Assembly: GCA_034423195.1 (NCBI GenBank)
Contig: DAOUIZ010000034.1
Coordinates: forward strand, 2,023-66,022
Source: Dehalococcoidia bacterium
GTDB taxonomy: Bacteria > Chloroflexota > Dehalococcoidia > Lucifugimonadales > UBA3495
Length of the DNA: 64,000 nt
Direction of reading: 5' to 3'
Part shown: piece after piece, positions 8,568 through 18,169 of the stretch
Position numbering within the stretch: position 1 is the first letter of the stretch
Layout: each line of letters starts with the position of its first letter
Translations under genes and position numbers: made by a program
Notes under the pieces: generated by a model
Told to the model about the DNA's origin: nothing
What the model saw: only the letters and a program-made list of their open reading frames with translations
The model's database searches: none

Positions 8568-9503
8568 CTAACCCTCTCCGAAGTGGCGCCGCAGCGTTTC
8601 CGTGAATTGTTCGGGAGTGTAATCGTACTTCTGGGTGCCGTAGGTCTGGATGACAAAGTGGGAGCAGACAGTGCCCATCATCAGGCATCGTTCCAGCGGC
8701 AGTCCCTGGATTAATCCTTTGATTAAGCCTCCACGGAAGGCGTCACCGGCTCCCGTGGGGTCCACAACGTTACTGGTGGGTATGGCCGGGACAGTCAGCG
8801 ATGTTCCGTCACTGGCGTTCAGGGAGCATCCCATTTCGCCCCTGGTGGTAATGATCGTTCCGGCGTGGTCCAGCACTTCCGAGTTGGACCAGCCCGTCTT
8901 GTCCTGGATCAATCCCAGTTCGTAGTCGTTGGAAATGAGGACGTCGGACTGGCTGATGCAGAGGCCGAGGCCTTCGCCGGTCCATACGGGAAGCGACTGT
9001 CCCGGGTCGAAGATGGTGTAGATGCCCATCTCCTTGTGGGCCCTGGTGTAGCTGGCCATGTCGTCGAGGTTGCCCGGGGCGACGATGGCGATGCAGTCCT
9101 TCGGGTCGATTCCATCGAAATCGAACCCGGAGGGTTGCTTCATCGCGCCGGGATTGAACCCGGTAATCTGGTTGTCGGCCATGTCGGTGGTGATGTAAGC
9201 GGAAGCGGTCGCCTCCTCCGGGACGACGCGAATGTCCCGGGTGCTGAGGCCGTGTTCGTCGAACCACTCGTAATAGCGGTGGTAGTCGTACCCGATGGTG
9301 GCGAGGATGCGGGGGTTCTCGCCCAGCTTGCCCAGGGAAAAGGCAATGTTTCCGGCAGTGCCGCCGAAGTTTTCGCTGAGCCCGTTGACGGTAAAGCTGA
9401 CGTTAATCATGTGGATTTTGTCCGGCATGATGTGGTCGGAGAACCGCCCGTTGAAATCCATTATGCGGTCGTAGGCGAGGGAGCCTGATACCAAAACTTC
9501 CAT
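8568..9503 (-). CDS. PfkB family carbohydrate/nucleoside kinase
   Basis: PfkB signature DPTGAGDAFRGG near the C-terminus. N-terminal GG-type motif (NFGGTAGNIA). Confidence 0.85.
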   Translation of the reverse strand: MEVLVSGSLAYDRIMDFNGRFSDHIMPDKIHMINVSFTVNGLSENFGGTAGNIAFSLGKLGENPRILATIGYDYHRYYEWFDEHGLSTRDIRVVPEEATASAYITTDMADNQITGFNPGAMKQPSGFDFDGIDPKDCIAIVAPGNLDDMASYTRAHKEMGIYTIFDPGQSLPVWTGEGLGLCISQSDVLISNDYELGLIQDKTGWSNSEVLDHAGTIITTRGEMGCSLNASDGTSLTVPAIPTSNVVDPTGAGDAFRGGLIKGLIQGLPLERCLMMGTVCSHFVIQTYGTQKYDYTPEQFTETLRRHFGEG

Positions 9504-9558
9504 AGGTCATTCGTCCTCTTGGTGAAATTTGCTCTCCCGAAGAGCGTAAAGGCGGGGG

Positions 9559-10311
9559 TCAGCAGCCGAACTTTCCGTCAATGCTGCCCCCGAAAGATAC
9601 CTGGTCGCCGGTGTCGATGCCGGAAGCAGCGGCGATACCGGAATTCACCTCCAGCACGTACAACGCCGGATGGCGCGGTGAGTAATAAGTGGGGTCGGTG
9701 CGGATTTTTTCCTCATCCTCCGGCTGGGCGTCCTTGGTGATGTCGACGACGGCGCAGTCGCTGTCTATCCAAATCATGTCCAGGGGAAAGTGCATCCGGG
9801 GCATCCAGAAGGTGTACTGGTAGGGGATCTCGTACACGAAGAGCATCCCCCGGTCTTCAGCCAGTGCCGGCCGGTCCGACAGTCCCTGCTGCCGCTTCTC
9901 CGGTGTATCAGCCACCTCGACTGCGAAGGTGACGTCCCCGAAGGAGACCAGCGGCTCGTCCGCCGCAGATGGTCCGGGGGATGGAGGTTCAAACCCGGCC
10001 GCCGTTGGGAGAGGGGTTATTGTCGGGTCCAGGACAAAAGAGGGCAAGCCGGCCGCAGAGGGGCTGATGGTCAACTCGGGGAGAGGAGTGACGGCAGGAT
10101 CCAGAACCGCCGTGGGAAGTCCGGTGGCGGCGGGACTGATTTCAAACGTGGGGGCCCGCGTTACGGCGGGACCCAGCGCTACCGGGGTGGAGAACGATGG
10201 GGCAGTCCCCGCGCCGGGCGCCACCTCACAGGCGGCGGAAAGGAAAAGCGCCGCCGCCGACAAGACCAGGGCGGCGGCAATCCAGCGGTGCAGTCGAGGC
10301 TTGCCAGTCAT
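9559..10311 (-). CDS. DUF192 domain lipoprotein with Pro/Thr-rich repeat linker
   Basis: Signal peptide with lipobox LSAAC. Internal approximately 22-aa repeat ISPAATGLPTAVLDPAVTPLPE / ISPSAAGLPSFVLDPTITPLPT. C-terminal DUF192-like core LFVYEIPYQYTFWMPRMHFPLDMIWID. Confidence 0.7.
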   Translation of the reverse strand: MTGKPRLHRWIAAALVLSAAALFLSAACEVAPGAGTAPSFSTPVALGPAVTRAPTFEISPAATGLPTAVLDPAVTPLPELTISPSAAGLPSFVLDPTITPLPTAAGFEPPSPGPSAADEPLVSFGDVTFAVEVADTPEKRQQGLSDRPALAEDRGMLFVYEIPYQYTFWMPRMHFPLDMIWIDSDCAVVDITKDAQPEDEEKIRTDPTYYSPRHPALYVLEVNSGIAAASGIDTGDQVSFGGSIDGKFGC

Positions 10312-10350
10312 AACGGATCCGCGAGACTCACCGCCTGGTTGGGGCCGCTG

Positions 10351-11136
10351 CTAGCCGACCTGCTCCCGGATGTCCTGCAGACGCTCCCGCAGGGACCGCA
10401 TCAGGACCGCGGAGGGGGGCGGAGCAACGTGGGTGTATCCCACGCCGAGTTCCTGAAGTTCTTTCGGGCCCATGGGCAGGGCGGCATGGTTCATGGGGAA
10501 CTGCATCTTGGCCTTTCCGATTCCCTTAATCTTGTCGGCCAGCTCCTTGATCCTGGCCCGGAGCTCCGGGCTGGAGGGGTCCCGGATGCCCATGTACTCG
10601 GAGAAGTCGGTGGGTCCGATGGAAACCAGGTCGACTCCCTCGAGGCCGGCGATGGCCTCAATGTCGGCGATGCCTTTCTCGTCCTCGGTCATCACCGAGA
10701 GCAGGATCTGTTCGTTGGACTGCTGCACGTGGTCGTCCCAGGAGACGGCGCCGAAGCGGGTAGCCCGGGTCCCGCCGGCGCCTCCCCGGTGGCCCAAAGG
10801 CCCGTACCGGACCGCTTCGACGGCCCGCTTCGCCCCCTCCAACCCGTCGACGTGGGGGACGATGATGCCCTCGGCCCCGGCGTCCAACAGGCGCAGGATC
10901 AGTTTCTCGTCGTTGTCCGGCACCCGGACGATGGAGGTGATGCCGACCAGGTCCGCCGCCCTAACCATCTCGGTGACGAGGGCGAGATCGAAGGTGGTGT
11001 GTTCCATGTCGATGAAGGCGGCGTCGTAGCCGGCCAGCCCGATGATTTCGACGACCTGGGGATCGGCGAACGTCACGTAGGTGCCCAGGGCGAGCTTGCC
11101 CTCGGACATCACTTTCTTGACCCGGTTCTCTCGCAT
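10351..11136 (-). CDS. HpcH/HpaI family aldolase
   Basis: DAAFIDMEHT metal/substrate motif and VRVPDND segment. Start placed at ATG 11136, preceded by AAGGAG. Confidence 0.85.
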   Translation of the reverse strand: MRENRVKKVMSEGKLALGTYVTFADPQVVEIIGLAGYDAAFIDMEHTTFDLALVTEMVRAADLVGITSIVRVPDNDEKLILRLLDAGAEGIIVPHVDGLEGAKRAVEAVRYGPLGHRGGAGGTRATRFGAVSWDDHVQQSNEQILLSVMTEDEKGIADIEAIAGLEGVDLVSIGPTDFSEYMGIRDPSSPELRARIKELADKIKGIGKAKMQFPMNHAALPMGPKELQELGVGYTHVAPPPSAVLMRSLRERLQDIREQVG

Positions 11137-11230
11137 CTTGCTTCTCCTTGAGACTATGGGCAACTCCGGCGCTACCGCGAGATATTATCCTACGCCGGGC
11201 GAGGGAGCGCCAATTGGGCCGGAGCACCTT

Positions 11231-11260
11231 TCCGGTGGCTGCCAGTCCGGTGGCTGCCAG
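11231..11260. repeat. Perfect tandem duplication, 15 nt x 2 (TCCGGTGGCTGCCAG)
   Basis: Read directly in the intergenic sequence. Confidence 0.95.
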
Positions 11261-11404
11261 CTACCCGTGGGGCCGGCCCGGGGCTGGACGTGACGGAAAA
11301 AAATGGTTTGTGGGATAAATGGGACATTTCGCGCGTTTTGAGCGTGAAACCCGGAGAAATCCCTTCCCAAGAGCGCCATTCAGGGGTTAAGACGTGACGC
11401 GAAA

Positions 11405-11463
11405 GGGACACGGATGGGACATGAATGGGACACGGTGAGACATTTTGAGACATTTTCGGGACA
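11405..11463 (+). repeat. Helically phased array of six G(G/A)GACA hexamers (candidate protein-binding array)
   Basis: Hexamers start at 11405, 11416, 11427, 11437, 11447 and 11458 (spacing 11, 11, 10, 10, 11). One extra copy at 11321. They lie in a 655-nt non-coding divergent region. Confidence 0.7.
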
Positions 11464-11791
11464 TTCCCGATGGAACAGGAAGGAACGAAAGGGTCGGGCC
11501 GCGTTCCCGAGTCCGGGCGAGACGGTCCGGCTGGAATTGGCGATTGGGATGCAGGGCGAGGGCAATCGCACCGGCGAAGGTTTTTCCATATACGGTAACG
11601 CTATACCGGACCGGCGCCGCCGTCAACGGGCAACTGTCACAAGGAGGTTGGACTGTTTGCTATCGTTCGGGGGCAGAGAGTAAAATCCGTTGCGATTCAA
11701 CGGCTGTCGGCAGGGTGGAGGAGTAGTCCATCCCCGATGCAAGCCTGGGTGGTCCAGCCGAAAGCGGACGAGGGAGACGGTCTTGAACGGA

Positions 11792-12973
11792 ATGCTGGAG
11801 GGGGTGAAAGTCCTGGACCTGAGCGAGGATGTCGCCGGTTCCTTCTGCGCCCGCCTGCTGGCCGATTACGGGGCCGATGTCCTCAAAGTAGAACCACCGG
11901 CGGGGGCGGCACTGCGCCGGTTGGGGCCCTTCTTCGAGGATGATCCCCACCCGGAAAAGAGCCTCTTCTTCCTGCTGGCGAACCTCAACAAGAAGGGCGC
12001 CACCCTGAACCTGGAGACCGTCACCGGGCAGAACATCGTCCGCCGCCTAGTGGAGCATGTCGACGTCATTGTGGAGACCTATAAACCCGGATACATTGCG
12101 TCGCTGGGCCTGGGTCACGACGACCTGGCGGAGCTGAACCCGGGCCTGGTCACCACGTCCATCACCCCCTTCGGACAGGACGGGCCCTACAGCGGTTACG
12201 AGGGCGGGGAAATCGTCGAATACGCCATGAGCATGATCATGAGCATCAGCGGCATCCAGGGGCGCGAGCCGCTGAAGCACGGCGGTTTCCAGGCGCAGTA
12301 CGAGGGGGGGCTGTTCGCGGCCGGGGCGACTTCCATGGCGCTGTTCGCCCAGTCGGTCACCGGGGTGGGCGAGCACGTCGATGTGTCGATTACCGAGTGC
12401 ATAGCATCCACCATGATGGCTACCCAGACAATCTACCCGTTCGTCGGAGGCGTCCAGGCGCGGCGGAGGGCCGAAGGCAACAATTTCGAGAACCCCATGC
12501 CCTGCAAGGACGGCTGGATTATCGTACAAGCCGGAGGGGGGGCGACCTGGGAAGACCTGGCGAATTTCTTCGAGACTCCCGAACTCCTGGAGCCCCGTTT
12601 TGCCAACCGGGCCGAGCGGGCCCGCAACGGCGCGGATATGGACCGCATCATCCTTGAATCCATCAAGGAGCGGGAGAAGTGGGAGCTTTTCCCCAAGGCC
12701 GCGGCGGCGCGGATGCTGTTCGGCATCGTGCAGACTCCCCTGGAACTGGTGGACTGCCCGCAGCTGGAGTCGCGGGGATTCTACCGGGAGGTGGAGCATC
12801 CGGTCATCGGAAACATCAAGGTGCCCGCGGAACTGTTCAAGCTGAGCGAGACCCCCTACCAGCTGAGGCGGGCAGCTCCGACGCTGGGCCAGCACAACCA
12901 GGAAATCTATGTTGAGGGACTGGGTTACAGCCAGGAGGAGTTCGTGCAGCTACGGCAGCTGAACATCATCTGA
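11792..12973 (+). CDS. Family III (CaiB/BaiF) CoA-transferase
   Basis: N-terminus MLEGVKVLDLSEDVAGSFCARLLADYGADVLKVEPP is the family signature. Start moved to ATG 11792. Confidence 0.85.
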   Translation: MLEGVKVLDLSEDVAGSFCARLLADYGADVLKVEPPAGAALRRLGPFFEDDPHPEKSLFFLLANLNKKGATLNLETVTGQNIVRRLVEHVDVIVETYKPGYIASLGLGHDDLAELNPGLVTTSITPFGQDGPYSGYEGGEIVEYAMSMIMSISGIQGREPLKHGGFQAQYEGGLFAAGATSMALFAQSVTGVGEHVDVSITECIASTMMATQTIYPFVGGVQARRRAEGNNFENPMPCKDGWIIVQAGGGATWEDLANFFETPELLEPRFANRAERARNGADMDRIILESIKEREKWELFPKAAAARMLFGIVQTPLELVDCPQLESRGFYREVEHPVIGNIKVPAELFKLSETPYQLRRAAPTLGQHNQEIYVEGLGYSQEEFVQLRQLNII

Positions 12974-13018
12974 CCCGCCCAGGCAACCGCATCAACTCCG
13001 TCCCGAGGTGGAGCCGCA

Positions 13019-14374
13019 ATGCCCAGACTGCCATTGGAAGGCATTCGTGTTTTGGATTCCACGTACGTTTTTGCCCTGCCCTACACGGGGGGGCAACTGG
13101 CGGACCTGGGAGCCGAGGTTATCAAGGTGGAGGGTCCGGGGCGGCCTGACATCACCCGCACCGGAGGGCTGTACGGCACCTTCCCCGATAATGAACTGGG
13201 GGAAGAGTGGTGGGACCGTCCCTCGACGTACAACCTGCTCAACCGGGGGAAGCGTTCCGTGACCCTGGATATGGCCACGGAAAGGGGGCGGGACCTCTTC
13301 CGGGAGCTAGCAGCCGTCAGCGACGTTGTGATGGAGAACTTTACTCCCCGGGTGATGCGGGGCTGGGGGCTGGACTACCCGAATCTCAGGAAAATCAAGC
13401 CGGACATCATCCTGGTCTCCAACACCGGGTACGGGCATGGCGACGGGCCGTATTCGGGCTATCCGGCCCAGGCGACCACCCAAGAAGGGACTCACGGGCA
13501 TTGCTGGGTGACGGGCTACAAGGACGATGAACCATCCAAGGCCGGGCGTTCCTTCGTCGACTTTCTTTCCACATGGACGGCGGTGTTCGCCATCGGAGGG
13601 GCGCTGCGATACCGGAATCTCACCGGAAAGGGGCAGTGGGTGGACATCGGGATGTACCAGGCGGGGGTGATGTTCCTGTCGGAATACATCATGGACGCGA
13701 TTGCCAACGGCCGGGAGGGGGAGCGCATCGGGAACCGCCATCCTTACTTCGCTCCCCAGGGATGCTATCCATGCCGGGGAGAGGACCAGTGGGTGGTGTT
13801 GTCCGTCGCCGACGACCACCAGTGGGAGAGCCTGTGCCGGGTGATGGGCCGGGATGACCTGGTGGAGAGCGGCCGTTTCGCCGGCATCCTATCGCGCCAG
13901 CGCAGCCACAATGAAATCGACGAGATAATTTCCGAGTGGACCCGGGGGTTGGACCGCTACGAGGCGATGCACGCTCTGCAGGAGAACGGAATCGCCGCCG
14001 GCCCGGTGTTTAACAGCAGGGACGTACACTTTGATCCCCACTACAAGGAGCGCAACTTCCTGGAGCGGGTGGAGTTTGCTCCGGAGCGGAAGATGGGCAC
14101 CCGGCTCATCATGGGACGGCCCTACAAGTTCTCCAACACGCCCATGAAGATACGATGGCCCGCGCCCCAGTTCGGGGAAGGGAACGAGCATTTCCTCAAG
14201 GGAGTGCTGGGAGTCGAACCATCCCGGTACGACGGCCTCGTGGAAGACGCCATCATCGCCTCCGTCCCCACTTCCGGCGAGCCCGCGCCCACACCGCACC
14301 CGGAGGAATCGGTGGCCCGGGGGCTGCTGGCCGGCTGGGACCCGGACTACCGGGAGCGGCTTGGCCTTTCTTGA
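13019..14374 (+). CDS. Family III (CaiB/BaiF) CoA-transferase
   Basis: LEGIRVLDSTYVFALPYTGGQLADLGAEVIKVEGP signature. 45 nt downstream of the previous CoA-transferase. Confidence 0.85.
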   Translation: MPRLPLEGIRVLDSTYVFALPYTGGQLADLGAEVIKVEGPGRPDITRTGGLYGTFPDNELGEEWWDRPSTYNLLNRGKRSVTLDMATERGRDLFRELAAVSDVVMENFTPRVMRGWGLDYPNLRKIKPDIILVSNTGYGHGDGPYSGYPAQATTQEGTHGHCWVTGYKDDEPSKAGRSFVDFLSTWTAVFAIGGALRYRNLTGKGQWVDIGMYQAGVMFLSEYIMDAIANGREGERIGNRHPYFAPQGCYPCRGEDQWVVLSVADDHQWESLCRVMGRDDLVESGRFAGILSRQRSHNEIDEIISEWTRGLDRYEAMHALQENGIAAGPVFNSRDVHFDPHYKERNFLERVEFAPERKMGTRLIMGRPYKFSNTPMKIRWPAPQFGEGNEHFLKGVLGVEPSRYDGLVEDAIIASVPTSGEPAPTPHPEESVARGLLAGWDPDYRERLGLS

Positions 14375-14410
14375 CACCCTTTCCGGGGCGGGGCTAATCT
14401 AAATTGACGG

Positions 14411-14482
14411 GGGCCTGTAGCTCAGTGGTAGAGCAACCGGCTCATAACCGGTAGGTCGTAGGTTCGAAACCTGCCAGGCCCA
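14411..14482 (+). tRNA. tRNA-Met (anticodon CAU; elongator-type, or possibly Ile2 if lysidinylated)
   Basis: Cloverleaf built by hand: acceptor GGGCCTG/CAGGCCC, anticodon stem ACCGG/CCGGT, loop CTCATAA, T-arm GTAGG-TTCGAAA-CCTGC, discriminator A. CCA is not encoded. Confidence 0.9.
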
Positions 14483-14528
14483 CTTTCATTCCTACTATTA
14501 CAACCCGCTCCGCAAGAAGCCCTGGGAA

Positions 14529-14593
14529 CTGGACCGGCGGCGCATTGCATCCCTCGTGATTCCCTCGTGATGATGGGATGGCCGCCGGTCCAG
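14529..14593. repeat. 13-bp perfect inverted repeat (CTGGACCGGCGGC / GCCGCCGGTCCAG) enclosing an 11-nt x 2 tandem repeat (TCCCTCGTGAT, 14550-14571)
   Basis: Read directly. Located between tRNA-Met and the 3' end of the MscS gene. Confidence 0.9.
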
Positions 14594-14624
14594 CCCGTGT
14601 CACGGTATCCGTGCGTCTGCCGGG

Positions 14625-15842
14625 CTAGACGTCCGGCCTGTCCCCAGCCCCGGCCGGCGGGTTGGAGGGCAAAGGCCCCTGGCCTGGAGTAATGGCCGGC
14701 GGAGGCGGGACTTGGGGTGGCCGCTGGGCGGCGTCCAAGGACGTCCAGCCGTCCGGCAAGTGCAGGGTCCGCACCGGGTAGTTGATGGTGATGCCCTCGG
14801 CGGCGAGTCGGGAGTGCAGTTGCTTGATGAGCTCGCTGCGCACGGCGAACCCGGCCAGGCGATTCTCCGCCCTTATAACCATATAGAAATTGATGTTGCT
14901 CTCCCCAAAGGCTTCATAGCGGAAGAGCGGTTCGGATTCCCGATGGGCGCCGGGATGCTCCTGGAGCACGCGCTCCATCACGTCCATTCCGACGGCCTCC
15001 ACCAGGTGAAGGTCGCTATCGTAGGAGACTCCGCAGGCGACAACCATGTCCAGCGGGTCCTCGGGCTTGCTGTAATTGGTGATGATGGTTTCGGCAAAAA
15101 GGGAGTTGGGAACCACCACCAGATTGTTGGTCCAGGTGCGAAGGCGGGTGCTGCGCCAGTTGACGTCCACCACGTAGCCGCTGATCCCGTTCGCCATCTC
15201 GACATAGTCGCCCGCGCTGACGACGCCTTCGGTCAGTACGTAGGTGCCGGCAAACAGATTGCTCAGGGTGGGCTGCACGGCCAATGCGACGGCCAGGCCG
15301 CCGATGCCGAGACCGGCAACCAGGGGCGTGATGTTCATGCCAACAATGTCCAGGCACAACATGGCGGCGACGGTGATGGTGAATGCCAGGACCCCGCGAC
15401 GGACGAGGGGGAGCATCCAGTTGCTGGAGTGAATCTGACCGGAGATGCGGAGATGGGCCCCCAGCCATGACAGAGCCGCGGAGGCGACGCCGTTGAACAG
15501 CGCGGCCCCGATGAGGACGGCGAGGATGGCGCTGACTTTGTTCACCAGGTCCTGAACCGCGGGAGGCGGCGAGAGGGTGGTCAACGCGAGGTACATACCG
15601 GACAGGAGGACGAAGGCCGTTGCCGGAACTCTTACGGCGGCCACCGTTTTCACGTCAAAATTGGCTCCCCTTATGATGGAGAGCCGGAGCAGCCGCTGAA
15701 AGAGTACCCTGCTGAACAGAATGGCGGTGATGATGGCCGCCGCCAGAATAATACCGCTGACCAGCAGGTCAACCCAGTGAATCGTGGCGCTGGCAACCCA
15801 TTCGGAAAAAGCCTGCCACCAGGCACTGATATATTCCGTCAT
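14625..15842 (-). CDS. Mechanosensitive ion channel (MscS family)
   Basis: Several N-terminal TM helices followed by the MscS core LFAGTYVLTEGVVSAGDYVEM..GYVVDVNWRSTRLRTWTNNLVVVPNS. Confidence 0.85.
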   Translation of the reverse strand: MTEYISAWWQAFSEWVASATIHWVDLLVSGIILAAAIITAILFSRVLFQRLLRLSIIRGANFDVKTVAAVRVPATAFVLLSGMYLALTTLSPPPAVQDLVNKVSAILAVLIGAALFNGVASAALSWLGAHLRISGQIHSSNWMLPLVRRGVLAFTITVAAMLCLDIVGMNITPLVAGLGIGGLAVALAVQPTLSNLFAGTYVLTEGVVSAGDYVEMANGISGYVVDVNWRSTRLRTWTNNLVVVPNSLFAETIITNYSKPEDPLDMVVACGVSYDSDLHLVEAVGMDVMERVLQEHPGAHRESEPLFRYEAFGESNINFYMVIRAENRLAGFAVRSELIKQLHSRLAAEGITINYPVRTLHLPDGWTSLDAAQRPPQVPPPPAITPGQGPLPSNPPAGAGDRPDV

Positions 15843-15891
15843 TTCAGCGTCATTTCAGATCGACCGTCATGTTCCCGGGGCAGGAGGCCGG

Positions 15892-16386
15892 CTAGCTGCG
15901 GTTCTGGACGACGAGGGTGTTTACCATCTTGTCATGGAGGGTCTGGCGCTGCTGGTCCCAGAGCGGCCAGAGGTGGTCGACCACGGTGTAGACCCCGCCG
16001 GTGATGGAGGAGAGGACACCGCCGAGCAGTCCCTTGATGACGAACTCGCGGAGGAAGGTATAACCCCAGCCGGAGGGGTCTCCATTGTCCCGGACCACCC
16101 GGATTCCCACCAGTTGCTTGCCGGGAGTCTGCCCGTTCTTCAAGGCCACCAGCCACCAGATAACGTATCCGGCGGCCAGCAGGAATCCGACGGCCCCCAG
16201 CACCAGGAGGATGACGGCCAAGCCGCGGGAGCCGGATGCATTGCTGTCGCCAAAGGCGAATATCAAGCCTGCGACCAGGAGCCCGGCTCCTGCCGCTAAT
16301 GGCAAGTAGAACATCACGGTGTCCAGGATGTAGGCCAGGAGACGCTGCAGGAAGGTCGCCAGCGTTAACGCTCCAGTTTCTTCCAT
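15892..16386 (-). CDS. RDD family membrane protein
   Basis: FLQRLLAYILD start of the RDD domain, two or three TM segments, and a conserved R..D..D pattern (VVRDNGDPSGW). Confidence 0.65.
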   Translation of the reverse strand: MEETGALTLATFLQRLLAYILDTVMFYLPLAAGAGLLVAGLIFAFGDSNASGSRGLAVILLVLGAVGFLLAAGYVIWWLVALKNGQTPGKQLVGIRVVRDNGDPSGWGYTFLREFVIKGLLGGVLSSITGGVYTVVDHLWPLWDQQRQTLHDKMVNTLVVQNRS

Positions 16387-16645
16387 GGTGAACTCCTCAA
16401 CCCGTGGAATGGCGCAGGCCGCGGCCGGGGTTGGAAACCCGGCACTCCGCTGCCAGTTTTATGCGAAATGACCGGGCGGGGATGGCAGGGCAGTTCCGCC
16501 GGGTTTCAGTCAGTATGCCCAGTATGCAATGATACGTCTGCTGCAAATGAGAAGACATCACGCCGAGAGAGTACGGCGATACGAGGCCAGCGGCGAAAGG
16601 GCAGGGGGAAAAAGGGGAGGTTATGCCCGATGGGGCTTGAGGGTT

Positions 16646-16722
16646 TGGAGGCGACGGGCGGATTCGAACCGCCGAATAGAGGTTTTGCAGACCTCCGCCT
16701 TAGTCCACTTGGCTACGTCGCC
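16646..16722 (-). tRNA. tRNA-Cys (GCA), CCA encoded
   Basis: Acceptor GGCGACG/CGTCGCC, anticodon stem GAGGT/ACCTC with loop CTGCAAA, T-arm GGCGG-TTCGAAT-CCGCC, discriminator U. Confidence 0.9.
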
Positions 16723-16764
16723 CCAGTGTGCGCTTCACGCCGGTGCGCGGAACTTTCCCGCGCT

Positions 16765-16851
16765 TGGTGCCGAGGGCGGGACTTGAACCCACACGGGCTT
16801 TCGCCCACGGCCCCCTCAAGACCGCGTGTCTACCAATTCCACCACCTCGGC
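16765..16851 (-). tRNA. tRNA-Leu (GAG), long variable arm, CCA encoded
   Basis: Acceptor GCCGAGG/CCTCGGC, anticodon stem CGGTC/GGCCG with loop TTGAGGG, long variable arm, T-loop TTCAAGT. Confidence 0.9.
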
Positions 16852-17116
16852 CCGTCGGCGCACGAGAAATTATACCACAAGCCCCGGCGGGCCAAGAATA
16901 GGGGCAATCGGGTCCGGGTTCTGGAAACCGCAGGTGCGGCGGCAACCCACGACGCCCGGTGACCGCCGTTGGCCGGAGCCGGCACAAGGAGGGCGGGGCC
17001 GGGTTTGCCACAGGACTTTCCCTGCGGAACTCTCCGCGTTGCTATAATGGCGGCGATGCCGGGATGGTACTGATATGCCGCCAAACACCTCGCGAAACGC
17101 CCGGGGCAGGCAGGTG

Positions 17117-17437
17117 ATGCTCCACACCTACGACAACGAGCCGATGGCCCGGATGGCGGAGCAACGCCTGCGTTCCGAGGGGGTTCCCGCAATGGTCCGC
17201 AGCCTGCATGGTGGCCCCGGCCTGTGGGGGTCGGCTTTCAACCTTCCCCACGGCCTGTATGTCTTCCAGGCCGACGAACCGAAGGCCAGGGAATTGCTGG
17301 GGCTGGATGCCGCAGAATTCGGGGACAATGAGGGGGCGTCGTCCAGGCGGGGGTCCTTCGGGCTGGTATTGTTCGTGGTGGGAATTGTCCTGGCGCTCAC
17401 GCTCACCGCGCCGGTGTGGGCTTCCCTGTTCAGGTAG
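17117..17437 (+). CDS. DUF2007-like small protein with C-terminal TM helix
   Basis: MLHTYDNEPMARMAEQRLRSEGVPAMV resembles the DUF2007 (putative signal-transducing) fold opening. Hydrophobic tail GLVLFVVGIVLALTL. Confidence 0.5.
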   Translation: MLHTYDNEPMARMAEQRLRSEGVPAMVRSLHGGPGLWGSAFNLPHGLYVFQADEPKARELLGLDAAEFGDNEGASSRRGSFGLVLFVVGIVLALTLTAPVWASLFR

Positions 17438-17440
17438 GGG

Positions 17441-18169
17441 TTGAAACCAGGCCCGGCTACGGGTTTCCAGGAGGTTAGAACGTTGTCGGTCCGCTACGGT
17501 GTGTCCATTGTGGTGCAACCATCATTCATTGCCGGGCTCCACCGGGCCAGGCAACTGGTCTGCAACCAGTACGGATGCTGGGCGGCGGAGATGCATATGG
17601 CCCACCTGCCGCTGATCGACTACTTGGTTTGCACCGACGAGTTGGCGCCAACGGTGGATGCGGGCCTGGAGCAAGCTGTGGAGGAATTCAACAAGGACGA
17701 CCGGCTGGTCCTGTTGTCCCGGCGGCCAGTGGCTGCGGTTGCGGATGAGTCCGGCCACCTGTACGTCCCGTTTGAGGATGCGGGAAACGATCTGCCAGGG
17801 CTGGGACGACGAGGGAGGTCCAGGCGCGGGGAGCCAGCCAAGACGGTGCGGCAACTGCGGGAAGCCGTTTTGCGGGTGGCCGCAGGCGTAACCGGGGCGT
17901 CTCAAACCCACCAGGCCGAGATGCTGGAACGTCCGGTCAGGTTCGACCTGATGCGTTTCGCCAATCTGCCGCCCCGGGTTTTTCAGAGCGCGGCCAACTT
18001 CGCCGCGGGGGTGGTGGAGGGCGTGGACCTGCCGGAGACCACCTTTCCGGTGGAAATGGTCCTGATCCGGCTGGAGTCCGACGCAGCGGGGGATGACTGG
18101 AGCGCCGGAGGTTGGGCTGCCGACCTGCGATGGCAACTGGTCAACGCATACCCGTTCCGGTACGGATGA
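17441..18169 (+). CDS. Hypothetical protein (weak resemblance to the 2H-phosphoesterase/LigT C-terminal pattern)
   Basis: High third-position GC and an ordinary amino-acid composition, in contrast to the antisense 231-aa ORF. No firm motif recognised. Confidence 0.4.
   Translation: MKPGPATGFQEVRTLSVRYGVSIVVQPSFIAGLHRARQLVCNQYGCWAAEMHMAHLPLIDYLVCTDELAPTVDAGLEQAVEEFNKDDRLVLLSRRPVAAVADESGHLYVPFEDAGNDLPGLGRRGRSRRGEPAKTVRQLREAVLRVAAGVTGASQTHQAEMLERPVRFDLMRFANLPPRVFQSAANFAAGVVEGVDLPETTFPVEMVLIRLESDAAGDDWSAGGWAADLRWQLVNAYPFRYG

Noticed and set aside
9790-11151. 453-aa plus-strand ORF opposite the DUF192 and HpcH aldolase genes
   Set aside because: Shadow ORF with Gly/Arg-rich repeats. The minus-strand genes carry clear family signatures and ribosome-binding sites.
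14411-14625. tRNA-Met followed by a 13-bp inverted repeat and a tandem repeat, as a possible integration hotspot or island boundary
   Set aside because: No integrase, no duplicated tRNA 3' segment and no compositional break in the flanking genes. The inverted repeat more likely serves as a transcription-end structure for the convergent MscS gene.
16468-16962. 164-aa plus-strand ORF (and several minus-strand ORFs up to 17518) across the tRNA-Cys/tRNA-Leu locus
   Set aside because: They run straight through two well-folding tRNA genes and have arginine-rich compositions, so they are spurious.
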